From Azolla caroliniana (lineage: Eukaryota > Plantae > Polypodiophyta), in assembly GCA_043228905.1 (NCBI GenBank), contig JBHGNT010000004.1, forward strand, positions 9,548,001 to 9,612,000: a stretch of 64,000 nt of DNA, written 5' to 3'. The notes beneath the pieces are model-generated. The model did not search any database. It had not been told where the DNA came from and was given only the letters and a program-made list of their open reading frames with translations. How positions within the stretch are numbered: the first letter of the stretch is position 1; the number at the start of each line of letters is the position of its first letter. The position numbers and the translations under genes were made by a program. Shown piece by piece: positions 50,201-63,361 of this stretch.

Positions 50201-52875
50201 CCTCTTCGGATCTCCTAAGCTTGGATCGTTAGCGACTTCCTTCATCTTTTGCCAACTATCTTCTGGTAGCAGAACCACCACTGGATTGATCTTCTTATCC
50301 ACCATTTTATATTTCGTGTTGATGTCAGCTTCCTTCGTCGAGATGCCACGATGGTATTCATCGATGATAACATACATGTTGACAGAGTTAACTGAAATCA
50401 CGTAATCATCGTGAAGATAGCTCAAGTCCACGAGTTCCTCGATTTCGCCGATGGTGTTGTTAAATGAGGCTTCTTCCATAATATGAGTCACAAAGTCTCC
50501 TTCTTCTATTATGTTTTCTTCATTCAGCATCTTCTCGAATTCTTGTATTCGACGCTTGTCCTTCTTGTCGGGTAGTACTAGGTGTGACACATGTTGCTTC
50601 TCCTCGCAATCCACGCACTCTTCTTTCTTGTGGGGTCTTGTGATTTCTCGGACTATTTGTGCCCCATGCTTCAATAGTCCGCTCTAAAAATCCGAGGATT
50701 CGCCTCCGAGACTATCTCGATTCCTTTCATGATTGGCTCACACCGTTAGGAATTGGACCGATCTTTGGTTGTCAAGACTCTTTATTCGTGCCAAGGCTGC
50801 TCCATTATCGAACACTTTGGTCTCCATCCGAGATGATGTGATATACGGTTGTCCTAGGATGACAAGATGCGACGCCGATTCTTGCACGAAGAAGTGTTGA
50901 TCCATCTCCACATCCCCAATCATGACTTTGACATTGGGACAAGCTCCGTACAAGTCCTCTGTAGACTGTTGCTGTGCGAATCTTCCATCCGTGGTTTGTA
51001 TTGATTGGCCATCTTCCTTTTTTGTAGAAGTCGGTTGACATGAGTTGATCTCTGAGCCGTGGTCGATCAAGGCTACCACAGTCTCTTTCTTCTCCCCGAT
51101 CTTCACCGGCGTCTCCATTGTCGTTGGTGCCCAATGAGGTCGAGTATAGTGGTTGTCCACCATATCTTCATCGACTTCGTCTCTTGCCATCGTTATGGCA
51201 TTCGTTTTTGCTTTTTGTGGCTTCTCTTCTTCCTCGTCTGATTGTTGTCTTTTTCTCTTTACAAAGTCCACAATAGTGTCATGGAACTCCTTCGTAATGC
51301 CGAGTAATTCCCTCAAGGACAAAGTCACGTGGCTATCAAGAACTCGTTCTTCGAGAATCTTCTTTAGGTCCGTCGTCTGCTCTATGTCCGACTTTAGCTT
51401 ATACGTAGGTATAGTCCTTGTCCTCTGAGCGGGGTCTTCAACACAACCTTCACGGGCCGAACCGTTTCTTCAACTTTTATGCTCAGCTCCCCTTTCCGGC
51501 TTGATTCTCGTTCCTCCATTTGTAAAGGTCAACTCGTCTCCGCATCGTCCTTCTTTTTCGCATTCCTCGTTTCATGTCTTTTTTATGGGCCTTGCTCTTC
51601 TATTCTTTTTCTCTTTTCTTTGACAAACACCTCGTGGTTGTCACACATCACTTCCGTGAGTATGGTGTTGTCGTCCACAGGATCTGACCATCCAGTTATA
51701 CTTTGTACACTTCGATCCGCAAGCTCTACTTCGCTCAAAGTGACTTTTCCCTTCTTCTCATATTCGAGAACGGAAGTCCAAAACTTTGCTCCCGCTCTAG
51801 CAACTTCAGTCCTTTCTTTCCCGACTCTTATTCCAGCTGACGCAGCATAGTGCATTGCATCCACATGAGTTTCATCGGCATCCTCCATAGATTTCTTCAT
51901 TCCTCCTCTTCTGAAATTCACCCGTAGGGGTCTTCTAGTCTCGCTCGAGCAGATCATGTTGTCATCTATGTACACGATATTTTGTCAGATCGCCTTTCGA
52001 AGGTTCGCGCAATCCCTTCTCATGTGGTCCATGCTATCACACCACACGCATCTAAAGGGTTCTTTCCCTTTAGGGCCCCGACGATTCATGTTGGCTAGCG
52101 TAACCATCTCAAACTTCTTCGCCGGTTCTTCGATGATGTTGTCATCAATCTTCTTTTCATCCGGGCTACTTTGTTTGGGTAGCTCAGCTACTTTCGGTTG
52201 TCTAGTTTTCTCCGCAACAGTCGATCCCGCCAAGTCGGTGTCATCAACCCACTCACGACGCTTGTCGAGCCTATTGCATGCTCGCTTTACCGCAACCTAG
52301 TCCGCCACAAGCCCATTTGCTTGGGTATCCTCTTCGAGAAGAGTCCCCAATTCTCGTCTATCCTCCATGTCCACAACTTTCAAGAAGTACAAAGTCTTGT
52401 CTTCTTCAAGCAACACTTGGTCCGTGTTGGGGAGACGACGAAACATCTGGTCGAATTCGTCGTACACCCTCGAGGCACTCATCTTCTTATTCTTCTTCTC
52501 TATCCACTTCATCAGGGCATGTCGAGTCATCCTCGTTGAGTCTTCAATCGCGAGCTCCGCTAGTATCGTTTTCTCGAACTCAGACCATGTTGTCTTACCT
52601 TCTTGAAGTTCAATGACACGTCTTTGGACGTTGTTGGCGACACCTCTCTTGAAGCTTGTGATTTGACGTGCTTCGGACACGTCCCTCTAATTCATCTCCC
52701 TTCTATATGTATAAAGGAACTTCGTAACGTTCCTTCCATCAAATTGACCCTCGTGCTCTACAACACGGTCGACGGCCTTCTCCACGTTCGCATCGTTGTC
52801 TTGAGATCTCATCATTTGTTCGACGATTACCATCATCCTTTCAAGCTCTCCAACTTGGTTGCTTGAGGACGCCAT
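47228..52875 (-). pseudogene. gag-pro and pol of the second Trp-primed Gypsy
   Basis: ORF track 48908-50674 (RT, RNase H), 47864-48901 (RNase H, integrase), 50738-51328 (PR), 52297-52881 (gag). Confidence 0.9.
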
Positions 52876-52916
52876 CTCCAAGTATTAATCTCGGCTTGAT
52901 CCTTCCTACCGTCTCT

Positions 52917-52934
52917 TTCACGTCAGGTTCACCA
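52917..52934 (-). promoter_or_regulatory. tRNA-Trp primer-binding site
   Basis: Minus strand TGGTGAACCTGACGTGAA, one mismatch to the complement of the plant tRNA-Trp 3' end. Confidence 0.82.
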
Positions 52935-55648
52935 CTTAATTATGTCGTGAAGATCCGTCACTACGCGCGGATCGTGAGGCAGAACCGCCGGGGTTCTGAA
53001 CCGGAAGGATTCGACGTTGGCACAAGCTTTAGCGAGAAAGGAATTAAGATAGATGGAAAGAGAGAGAGATTGAGAAAAGATAGAACCCATGATTTTAGAT
53101 TGAGAGAGAGATTAAGAACTCTTGACTTTAGATTTCAGAAACAAGTTACACGATCAATTCGATAACGAATTTTCTTCTTCTTAATTTCATAACTAAAAGA
53201 TCCTAACCCTTCTTCTTTTTCATCCCCCTCTTTTATAGATGCTCTCATGCATATGATGCATGTGAGGGTACAAGACATGCATAAAATGCATGTTTTCCAT
53301 TTGGCGCTCATGTATTACATGTGGTGCATAATAACCATATCACTCATTTTAGCTCACATGTATAAGAATTTACATGTAAAAAAGTACAATTATAGAAATA
53401 AAAATTCAACTAAATGTTATGGCTTAGTGGTAAGCCTACTAACTCTTAACTAGGAGGTGCAAGGTTTGAATCCACACTTGCACTCCTTGTGTATATATAT
53501 ATATGTATACATATATTTATTTATTTATATATATATCTATCCGGTCGCCGGATGCCGGATGACGCCGGTTCGCCAGATGCCGGTTGCCGCCGATTATCGT
53601 CAATTGCCAGATGTCGTTGGTTACCGTCGGTTACCGGCATCCAGTTCCGTTACCGTTCGTCCGGTTTTGGTTGGGCAAAACCTTTGCAAATAGCTAGGCC
53701 ACACCCATTCATCCAATAGCTTAGTTCAAGTCACCTTGAACTCTCTATGCTCCACACATAGACACAAAGATAATAGCTTTTGCTCTACCTTATATATGGT
53801 GAGATCCTTATTTCCTGTCTATGTGGGGTATCTCACAGTTTTATTTTTCTCTTCTTCCTTCTCATACTTCACTCCCACATAACTTGTCACTTAGATGTCC
53901 GTTTCTTATGTAGTAAAGTGCATCTCTTCAAGATCTTCGTCTTTTGTACTAAGATATTAAACTTACTTAGAATCAGTATATTCACTATTATTGTTTTATA
54001 TGATTGACACTTGATTTCGTATGTCTTATGTAATTTTCACACCATTGCCGAAAATCTTCACGACATCCATCACCACCAAACCGCACGTCCTCCGGTACGT
54101 GCCAAGAAGAGAGAAAGTGAGATTTTGGCTACGATGATCAAGGTGATTTCGTACGTCTTATGTAATTTTTACACCATTGCTGAAAATCTTCACGACAACG
54201 CATCTTGGGTGCTTGATCGAGGAGGAAGGCCAAGTTATTGCGCAAGGGCGTAGAGATGGGAGGATGTTTATCCTCGACACCAATGACGTTGCCACCACAA
54301 TGTTTGCGAAAGGACAAAAAGTTGAGTCGGATATCGACTTGTGGCAGAAGCGGATAGGCCACGTCAACTTTCAAAGCCTTGAGGACTGGCAATCGAAACA
54401 AGTTGTGTTCGGATTGCCCAAATTCAGTGGCCTGAAGTCCCAAATTTGTGAAGCCTGCGAGCTAGGGAAGCAAAACCAACTTCTTTTCCCCAACTAGCGT
54501 AACCGAAGCTGGAACAAGCCTGACTTGATAGAATCGGATGTATGGGGGCCGACACAAAACGTTAGTCTTGGCGGGAGTCGATATTTTGTCTCCTTCATCG
54601 ACGACTACACGTGGCACATGTGGATCTATCTCATTCAAAAGAAGAGTGAAGTCTTTCACATTTTCCGGAACCTCAAAAGCTTCGTATGAAGGGAAATAGG
54701 GAGAAAGATTCAGTGCCTGTGGTCGAATAGCGGAAAAGAGTACTTTTCCGGCCAATTCAACAATTATCTGCAATAAATGGGAATTCGGCGCGAATTCAGT
54801 TGCAGGTATACCCCAGAGCAAACCGGCGTAGCCGAAAGGAAAAATTGGTTGGTTGTGGAAGCGGTGCGGGCAATGCTGGAAGAAAAGAGCTTGCCCAAGT
54901 TCTATTGGGCTGAAGCGGTACGAACCGCAGTCTACATCCAGAATCGGATCGGAGACAAACTGTCGGCGCATGAGCTGTATTTCGAAAGGAGGCTGAATCT
55001 ACGACACTTGAGATTTTTCGGTAGCATTGCGTATGTGCATGTGCCGAAGGAAAATTGGAGGAAGTTGGACGCAAAAGCTGAGAAGTGTATCTTGGTCGGC
55101 TATTTGGACGAATAGAAGGGTTATAAGTGTTATAATCCCCGAACCAAACAAGCTCGCGTGAGCCGCGATGTTGTGTTTGATGACTCTGTGTCCTGGTACT
55201 TGCCTCCGACTCCGGACCTCAACTCCAACTCCGGATCTCCGGACCCGAGTTCTGACGATGAGGTCAACGAGGCTAAAATGCCTCCGGATGACCGCGCAAT
55301 CAAGACCCTTGATGAGAGTCCAATTTCATTTCGGCTAAGTGGACTGAACGAGTGACTGGGTTGGCTTGACCAGTCCGAAGAAGAGACTGCCACTGGTGGA
55401 GACTCGACCGTGCATTCCCCACGTAGGAAGCCGAGGAGACGGTTTACCCGCAAGGAAAAAGGGAAGAAGAAAATGCCAGAGTACGACACGGATAAGGGCG
55501 AGTCGGATAGATGCGAATCCGACTCTGAGAAGAGCGATGACGGGCCTTCGAGAGCAAAGTCTGTGTCAGCCAAAAAAGCCTCAACATCGGCTAATGAGCA
55601 GTTACGACAATCTACCCACCAGAAGAACCCTGTTGTGTGGTTCGGATA

Positions 55649-58600
55649 TGAAAAGAGAGAAGATGATAGAAAAGAGAGAGAAGGAAGATATAGAAATCCA
55701 AATCTACAAAGATATATTAATAAGGAGTGATGATCATAGAAACAAGAGAAAGAAGATACATAAACTCAAGCCTACAAGGATCAATTGATCACTAGAAAAA
55801 CGCACTACATGAATAGGCAAGAAAAACACCACAAGAAAAAAAAACCCATCCTCACCACCTCACTCTTCTTGCTTTATATGAAGTTCTCCTTTAGTAGATA
55901 AGTTTCGCTTGCTTTCTTTTCCACGCTTTTTTTAGAGCTTTTCCATCTCCTATTCTTAGCTATGACACAACGATCTTCTAATCGTCATATCTCCCTCATC
56001 CATGCTCCAAATTTAGAGTTTTTAAAAAGCTACGGATAGCTCTCGTCATAAGCTTTCTAACCCATATTTACACGTGATATTTGGGTGTCAAACGAGAGAG
56101 TTATGAGCATTTGTTTCTGACTGCGTTTTGGTGGTCTGCTTTTTCTCTTTTTAACTTTTCTCCATCTTTATTGCTTTTATTTGGACTTATCCACGAGATG
56201 TTAGTTCATGTCCTTGTCCTCCAAATGTGAATCCTCCATACCTTATATTCTTTTAGTGTCCAATGGCTTGAATTCTAAAAACAGTTTCACATTTAGCCCT
56301 CCCCCTTGCTTCTTGGTGAACCATTTATGGTGAACCCTAAACTACTAATAAAACTAAAGGTTCTCCTTCGCCTTATTCATGGCTATAGACAAAGAAGGAG
56401 AAAATAAATAGAAAAGAAACAAACTATGTGAGTAAAACCCCCGCTAGTCGATAGGAAAAACCTCACACTTCTAAACACACACACATACACAGTGACAATT
56501 GCCATCACCATCTTTCTCCTTGTCAACACAAAGAAAGAGGTTACAACAATTAGTATATCTTCATCAACTTTCCAAACAGAAGTAGGCCTATGTGATACAT
56601 AACTCTTGATAGAAGTAAGCATGTTAACATATGAATAAATCTTTCGAGCGAGCGAACCTTTTGTACAAATACCTTCAAAGCTTCGAGACTTGTCAGAATT
56701 GTCATATTTTGAATTATGTCAATCTTTGCTTCATCAACATGACTTTCTTCTTGGCACACCACATTCTCCACATTACCTTGTTTTTTATGTATGACCATTT
56801 CATCTAGAATCTCATCTCGAAAAAGAAGCAAAAATAAATCTCGTTTGGTTGAATCATTCAAGGATTGGAAGTTGACATCTTTCTCCTTTGGAACAACCAC
56901 AATAAGTGAGACAAACTTCAAATTCTCCATATGATAAATGAAACTCTCTTGTAACAATGCTTTATGATCTTTCTTTTGCACAACCTTAGATTCTTGAAGA
57001 GTTTGGGCAATTGGTACCTTCAATTTGATAAGGTCTTTGAAGCAACCTTCTCCTTTTATATGTGAATAGACATTTATGAGTAATTTCGGAAACTCAAAAA
57101 GAAAAGAACTAAACCTTAGATGCTCTTCTCCTTGGATGTAGCTTGAAATCATCTTCTCCAAGGTGATAATGCTTTTCTCTTCAATGACTTCTTCTTCCTC
57201 CTTAGACACCATGTGGAATGATTTGTTTTCCCTATCCCACGAATATTCATCAATTGTTATGCTTTCCTCTTCTTGCTTGCCAATGTCGATAGATGATTCC
57301 TTCTCCTTTATACATTTGATTAGTTGTGGTGGATCCTTTGATGGTGATAAGTTAATGATACTCCAATCATGCATTACAAGTAAATCTCTTGGCTCTTGGT
57401 CAAATTGTTGTTGAAGAGTTGATGCCCACATAACTTTGTTGCTACTCAATGCAAATCCAAAACATAAATCATGCACGAACACCTTCATACACTGCAACTT
57501 GGCACTTACCAATGCTTCCTTACACGCATTGATCTCCAAAAGCCAATCTCCAACTATCACTTCTAGGTTACCTTCTTCATCTTGCAACTTCGTTGTGGGT
57601 ACTTCACCATCAACAACTTCTTTTGTCATATCTTCCATTTCATCTTGCACATATTCATCATCAACCACCATATCACTTGTTGTATCAATAATGTCCTCAA
57701 CATGATGTACATTGGCATCACCATCCATAACATCGCTTCTCATAACTATCTCCTTAGATTCGTCTTTCACATCATCATTCTTTATATCATGGTTGTCCTC
57801 ATGAACTAGATGGGGGGACTCCACATTCATCACCTCTTCTTCATTGTCTCTGGAATCACCTTCATAGACATCATTATAACTCCAAAAATTAGAATAATGA
57901 TATGAGGGAACCTGTTGAATCGGACATTGCAAGTAGGCTGGTTGTTGGCTCATGACCGATCCACAATTATTATAGCTTGGATTTATGGTATATGACGCTG
58001 ATAATCCATATGCTTCACCGAATAACAACTTCTTCAATTGTTGATCATAACTTTGACATACTCGAAGCAAATCATGGAAAGACCTTGGGTACTTCATATG
58101 CACTTCATATTGAAAATATGGATCTAGCCCTGCTTTGAATCTTTCCATCTTGAAGTATACATCTTCAACGCCTCCAACAAGTCCAATCCAAGTGGACCAT
58201 ATATCCAAAAACGTCTTCTCATACTCGAGGTAGCACATTGGTGAAACCATACGCAATTGGAAAAGTTCTCTTCGTAGATCTGTCGCATCGCGAACTCCAT
58301 ATCGTGCCATTAGTTTGATGATGAATCGGTAGATCCAACCATCAATTAGTGGACAACCGTTCCTCCCGTTATACAGAAAGGATCGACCCTCCCTGGAGCG
58401 CCAAAAATGAAAAGAGAGAAGATGATAGAAAAGAGAGAGAAGGAAGATATAGAAATCCAAATCTACAAAGATATATTAATAAGGAGTGATGATCATAGAA
58501 ACAAGAGAAAGAAGATACATAAACTCAAGCCTACAAGGATCAATTGATCACTAGAAAAACGCACTACATGAATAGGCAAGAAAAACACCACAAGAAAAAA

Positions 58601-59050
58601 AAACCCATCCTCACCACCTCACTCTTCTTGCTTTATATGAAGTTCTCCTTTAGTAGATAAGTTTCGCTTGCTTTCTTTTCCACGCTTTTTTTAGAGCTTT
58701 TCCATCTCCTATTCTTAGCTATGACACAACGATCTTCTAATCGTCATATCTCCCTCATCCATGCTCCAAATTTAGAGTTTTTAAAAAGCTACGGATAGCT
58801 CTCGTCATAAGCTTTCTAACCCATATTTACACGTGATATTTGGGTGTCAAACGAGAGAGTTATGAGCATTTGTTTCTGACTGCGTTTTGGTGGTCTGCTT
58901 TTTCTCTTTTTAACTTTTCTCCATCTTTATTGCTTTTATTTGGACTTATCCACGAGATGTTAGTTCATGTCCTTGTCCTCCAAATGTGAATCCTCCATAC
59001 CTTATATTCTTTTAGTGTCCAATGGCTTGAATTCTAAAAACAGTTTCACA
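55649..59050 (-). mobile_element. Young non-autonomous Gypsy-derived LTR element (TR-GAG-like), 3402 bp, TSD GGATA
   Basis: 643-bp LTRs 55649-56291 and 58408-59050, identical by eye; GGATA at 55644-55648 and 59051-59055; PBS TGGCGCTCCAGGGAGGG (tRNA-Asn-like) ~58387-58403; PPT AAGGGGGAGGG ~56297-56307. Confidence 0.95.
56550..58310 (-). CDS. Intact 586-aa ORF: gag-like N-terminus, acidic linker, fused remnants of RT
   Basis: First ATG at 58310 (the ORF track extends it to a TTG inside the LTR); gag-like KMERFKAGLDP..YPRSFHDLL; RT-like FVSLIVVVPK..VNFQSLNDSTKRD..DEILDEM with no YxDD. Confidence 0.8.
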   Translation of the reverse strand: MARYGVRDATDLRRELFQLRMVSPMCYLEYEKTFLDIWSTWIGLVGGVEDVYFKMERFKAGLDPYFQYEVHMKYPRSFHDLLRVCQSYDQQLKKLLFGEAYGLSASYTINPSYNNCGSVMSQQPAYLQCPIQQVPSYHYSNFWSYNDVYEGDSRDNEEEVMNVESPHLVHEDNHDIKNDDVKDESKEIVMRSDVMDGDANVHHVEDIIDTTSDMVVDDEYVQDEMEDMTKEVVDGEVPTTKLQDEEGNLEVIVGDWLLEINACKEALVSAKLQCMKVFVHDLCFGFALSSNKVMWASTLQQQFDQEPRDLLVMHDWSIINLSPSKDPPQLIKCIKEKESSIDIGKQEEESITIDEYSWDRENKSFHMVSKEEEEVIEEKSIITLEKMISSYIQGEEHLRFSSFLFEFPKLLINVYSHIKGEGCFKDLIKLKVPIAQTLQESKVVQKKDHKALLQESFIYHMENLKFVSLIVVVPKEKDVNFQSLNDSTKRDLFLLLFRDEILDEMVIHKKQGNVENVVCQEESHVDEAKIDIIQNMTILTSLEALKVFVQKVRSLERFIHMLTCLLLSRVMYHIGLLLFGKLMKIY

Positions 59051-61195
59051 GGATACAACGAGTACATGGCGCATCACTATGCATACATGACACTTGTAGC
59101 GGATGTGCGTGAGCTGGAGAGCTACGTAGAAGCGGAGAAGGACGCAAATTGGTGTGCCACAATGAAGGAAGAGATGTGCGCATTAGCGAAGAATGAGACT
59201 CGGGACCTGGTTGACGCACCGAAGGGTGTAAAGCCGATCGGATGCAGATGGGTGTATAAAGTGAAATACAACACCGACGGCTCTGTCAATTGCTATAAGG
59301 CCCAGTTAGTAGCGAAAGGCTACTCGTAGAAGTACGGCATGGATTATGATGAGACCTTCACGCCAGTCACGAAGATGACTACCATGCGAGTCCTGCTAGC
59401 CGTAACAGCGGCGAAAGGGTGGCACTTACATCAAATGGATGTAAAGAACGCGTTCCTACAAGGTGATCTCAAGGAACAGGTGTACATGGTACAACCCCCC
59501 GGATTTCTATCCGAACAAAACACTTCGGTAGTTTGCCGACTGAGGAATTCCATCTACGGACTTAAGCAAGCACCACGAGCCTGGAACGCGAAGAGTACGC
59601 AACAGTTTCATAAGATGGGTTGCGTCGTCGAAGTCGGCCTCTTCACTATTTGTTCGACAAGGTCAACAAGGACCAGTTAGCCTTCTTTTGTATGTTGATG
59701 ATTTGGTCATTGCCGGTGCCGACCTGAACGAAATCCGCCGCGTGAAGTGTCAACTTGCGGCATCTTTCGAAATGAAGGATCTTGGAGACCTTCATTACTT
59801 CCTCGGGATCGAAGTGATCTGTACCCCCGAAGGCATATTAATTAGCTAACGCCACTATGTGCTGAATATGCTCTTCAAGTTGTAAGCACATCTCGCCCCT
59901 TTAGACAGAAACATAAAACTTCGCCGATATTGGGGAAAGGTGTGCCACCCGACACGGTTCCGAAAAATTGTTGGAAGCCTCATATATTTGATGATTACTC
60001 GGCCGGACCTCAGCTACCCGGTCGGACTGATCAGTCAATTCATGTCGCAGCTTACAACCGAACATTTTTAGTGTGCACAAAGGATATTGCGATTTGCCAG
60101 CGGCACGAAAGACATGGCGTTCCTATATCGGGCAGGCGTAGCCGAACAATTAGTCGGCTACACGGATGTCGATTGGGTCGGAAACGCTCACGATCGTAGA
60201 TCCACATCCGGATACGCATACTTTCTAGGCAGTGCGGCGATTGTGTGGAGCAGTAAGAAGCAGCCGATAGTAGCACTGTCGAGCATGGAGGCCGAGTATC
60301 GAGGGGCGACTGTCGCTACGTGCGAAGTCATTTGGCTAAAACGGCTATTACGGGATCTGTATGTAGACGTGTCTAATCCGACGACGATCTATTGTGACAA
60401 CCTTAGCAATATCCACCTTGCGAAGAACGTCGTATTCCATGCCCGGACCAAGAACATTGAGGTGCATTACCATTTTGTCCGCGAGCAGGTCCTTTTAGGT
60501 GAAGTCGACTTGGTGTATGTTTCGACTGATCGGCAGATTTCCGACATCTTCACCAAGCCTCTTGGTCTCGACAAGTTGCGGCATTTCTCGGGTGAGTTGG
60601 GTTTGCGTCACCTCGACACGCCGTACTTGAGGGGGAGAAAGGAAGAATAGGAACAGGCACAAGAGCGTGAAAGGAGTAGAGGTGGTCATTGCGGCGGAAG
60701 TGACCATGACGCGGAATCAGATGAAAAATTCGATTTCGGGGTAGCTGAAGAAGCCAAAGAAAAGAGCAAGGGCCATAACCAGAGGGAAGACCCGAGGATA
60801 GCCAAATCAAGGGGAGATACAGCCAAGATGGGCGTAAAGTCCAAGACCAAGACGTGGTCTGATGGAGTCAAAGGCCTAAAAACAAGAGACGAATTGGAGA
60901 TAACCAATTCGGATGAGAGCAGAATTGAATCGGAAGTGTTTGATTCAATCGGAATGTTCCATTCGGATACGCCGAATCAACTGAATGCCGTGCAAAAAAA
61001 GGGCAGCGAAGGGCGCGCCGATACCGTGATAACAAGGGAGCTGAGAAGGGTCGGATGAGCAAACAAGCTGACCGGCAGGGTCAAAGTGTGCGGAATCGAA
61101 TGGGTCGAGGAGCGTGAGCGAGGCGTGAAGCTAGAAGAAACCGGAGCGGTGATCCGGAAGTACCAAAAGCGCCTCATGTTGAGCTTGAGGGGGAG

Positions 61196-61623
61196 TGTTG
61201 AGATTTAAGCTCAACATTGGCCGGATTGGCTGCGCAAGCCGAGAACCAAATCAGTTGGGACTGATCGGTTAGGCCGGACCGGTGCGTAAACCGGTGCGCA
61301 AAAAAGAAGTCGTAGCGGTGCGTAAACCACGAGGCCGTTGGAAATATATTCCACGTAGGAATATATTTTGGGAGATAGTGTAGAGCTCATTTATGAGCAT
61401 TGACGTACGTGTCAGTTATTCTGTCAGTCTGTATGGACTTGTATAAAAGTGCTCACTGAGCACATTCTATGTATATACTGAGTATTATTTTTTGAATAGA
61501 GTAGTGTGTATTCTCTCTCTCTCAGTCTTTCTCTCCCGCATACTGTGTTTGTCCAAGCTCTCCTTTAAACCTGTGTTTTCCTACATTCTGCCTTCTATTG
61601 CTTCCGCACGTTGTTTTTCTACA
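61196..61623 (+). repeat. Copia 3' LTR
   Basis: TGTTGAG...CTACA following the PPT. Confidence 0.92.
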
Positions 61624-63361
61624 AAGGCATTACAAAACATGTTACAACCTATTCGGTTCAAGTTGTGGCGGAAGGGAGAAATGATGGGAGTGACATGGAT
61701 TTCATGGGACCATTGGGATACTCCTAAAAGGTTAGGTGGTGCAACAATATGGGATTTGGAAAGGCATTTGATGGCTTGTAGATTTGTATTATTACAAGAT
61801 ATATGTCAACAAGATCAAGCATAAATATCTATGATGCAATATTTTATTGAGCATGAAGGATTGGTGCATGGGAAAACAAAGATTCAAGCGTCATGGTGGT
61901 CACTACGTAATGGCAGTATTCCTCTAAAGATTCGTCATTCTGTATGTGGTCAACATTTGGTACGATCGTGGCAAGATGATTGAGAATATTGTAATTCATT
62001 ACAAAATGAATTGCTTGTTTCTTCTCTAGCGTTGTTTTGCCATGGGAAAGAGAAGTTGAGATCTCAATTCAATCATTTAGTTCGATTGGGGATTGTACAT
62101 TTGGAAGATGTGGTTGATAATGAATCTCAAAGGTTGTTAGATTTTGAAGATGCCAAGAGATGGTTATGTATTCACCCAAATTATGGATTTATTAGGGAGA
62201 AATTACAAGAGATACCATTGTTGCAAGGATCTTTGCCATTGAAAACAAAATTTGCACCTTGGGTCGATTGGCGGTTACAAGATGGTGCACGCTTGTTACA
62301 GGTCACTAGAAATATATTGTATCATCATGCCATGGCATCATTATCTTGGCTATCTCCTGAAGCAACAAAGTTGTGGAATGTATATAAGTCAGAGGCAAGG
62401 TGGTGGAAAATATTACGTGGTTGGCATTCCCATCTACCATTTCGTGCAACAGTATTCATATGGAGAGTCATGATTGGTGGGCTCCCATTAGGTTCAGCCT
62501 TAAAGAGACCAGGACTAGGGTCTAGCACTTGTTTCTTTTGCATTGTTCCATTGGAGGATAGTACACATAGGTTCATTAAATGTCCTATAACGTGTACCAT
62601 TTGGAAGTTCTTATCCGCCATTTGGCAAGTTTTAGCCCGTTGTTGTTTGAGACCTCAACGATGGGTTTTTTCTCAATATGCTCAAAATGGATCAAATGAT
62701 GAGATTGAGATATTGTTCTAATTTTTACGTTATTGGGGTCTACAACACAATTGGAATATGCATAATGCTTTCATGTTTGATAATAGACACGGGGTGGAAG
62801 CCTATATAAAGAAGCTGAAAGGTATATTATCATGTGGATTTTTTGGATGTTAGCGCATGGGGGGATCATTTCCTCAAATGCTTATTCAAGTTTTTTAATA
62901 GCATTACACAACGTTCCTCTCCCTACATAGGCATATGATAGGTAGAGGAGACTAAGAAATGTTGTAACTAAGTGGATTTTACATAAACTTAATATAATTA
63001 TGTGCTTTTACCCAAAAAGAAGAAGAGAAACAAACAAACAAAGCTATATTAACGTCTTCGAAGGCCAAAATTGGCCCATGAGACAGTTGGTTTACAACAA
63101 AATGGGTATTTATCCAATTATCAAAACTAAAATAAAATAAAGTGAAAATAGAACTTAAGCTAAAAGAGTTCTAGTTACAAAACGTGGTATACGCTGTCGT
63201 GACGTGGCTCGTCCAAAAGCGTAGCATTGTGTAGACAAAAGATATCGTGAAGGTGAGGAAGGAATCACTAGGATTATGGACGGAAGGGATGAAAGAGTAG
63301 AGGTAGAGTAAATAGAGATCAACAAGATATGACAAGATAGGATATAGAATGATATTTGACA

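Larger units (their letters stand above)
45989..54197 (-). mobile_element. Second tRNA-Trp-primed Ty3/Gypsy with ~1.15-kb LTRs and a 4-bp TSD (ATGT/ACGC)
   Basis: LTRs 45989-47155 and 52943-54065, plus an extra LTR end at 54144-54197; PBS 52917-52934; gag, PR (LIDHGSEIN), RT (LPQGATNS, FLDD), RNase H, integrase. Confidence 0.93.
44221..61623 (+). mobile_element. Full-length degenerate Ty1/Copia inserted in the LINE RT, carrying two nested LTR elements
   Basis: LTRs 44221-44633 and 61196-61623; PBS TGGTATCAGAGC at 44634-44645; PPT GAGGGGGAG just before 61196; imperfect TSD (GAAGC/AAGGC); pol pieces at 44727-45988, 54198-55648, 59051-60650. Confidence 0.93.
35932..63043 (+). mobile_element. 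Fragmented L1-type LINE, host of the nested TIR element and Copia
   Basis: ORF1 35932-36140 and 41502-42085 (CLKCGNLGHFMDEC knuckle); endonuclease VGIYAPN, SRLDRMYV, SDHFP (42130-42620); RT KSPDWDG, DDS, LGYPLG (42800-44220); resumes at 61624 with zf-RVT-like CFFC..H.FIKC; A-rich tail ~63014-63043. Confidence 0.85.

Noticed and set aside
58311-58460. Hydrophobic N-terminal leader on the 636-aa ORF (signal peptide or env-like)
   Set aside because: Depends on a TTG start inside the LTR and reads through the PBS; the first ATG is at 58310
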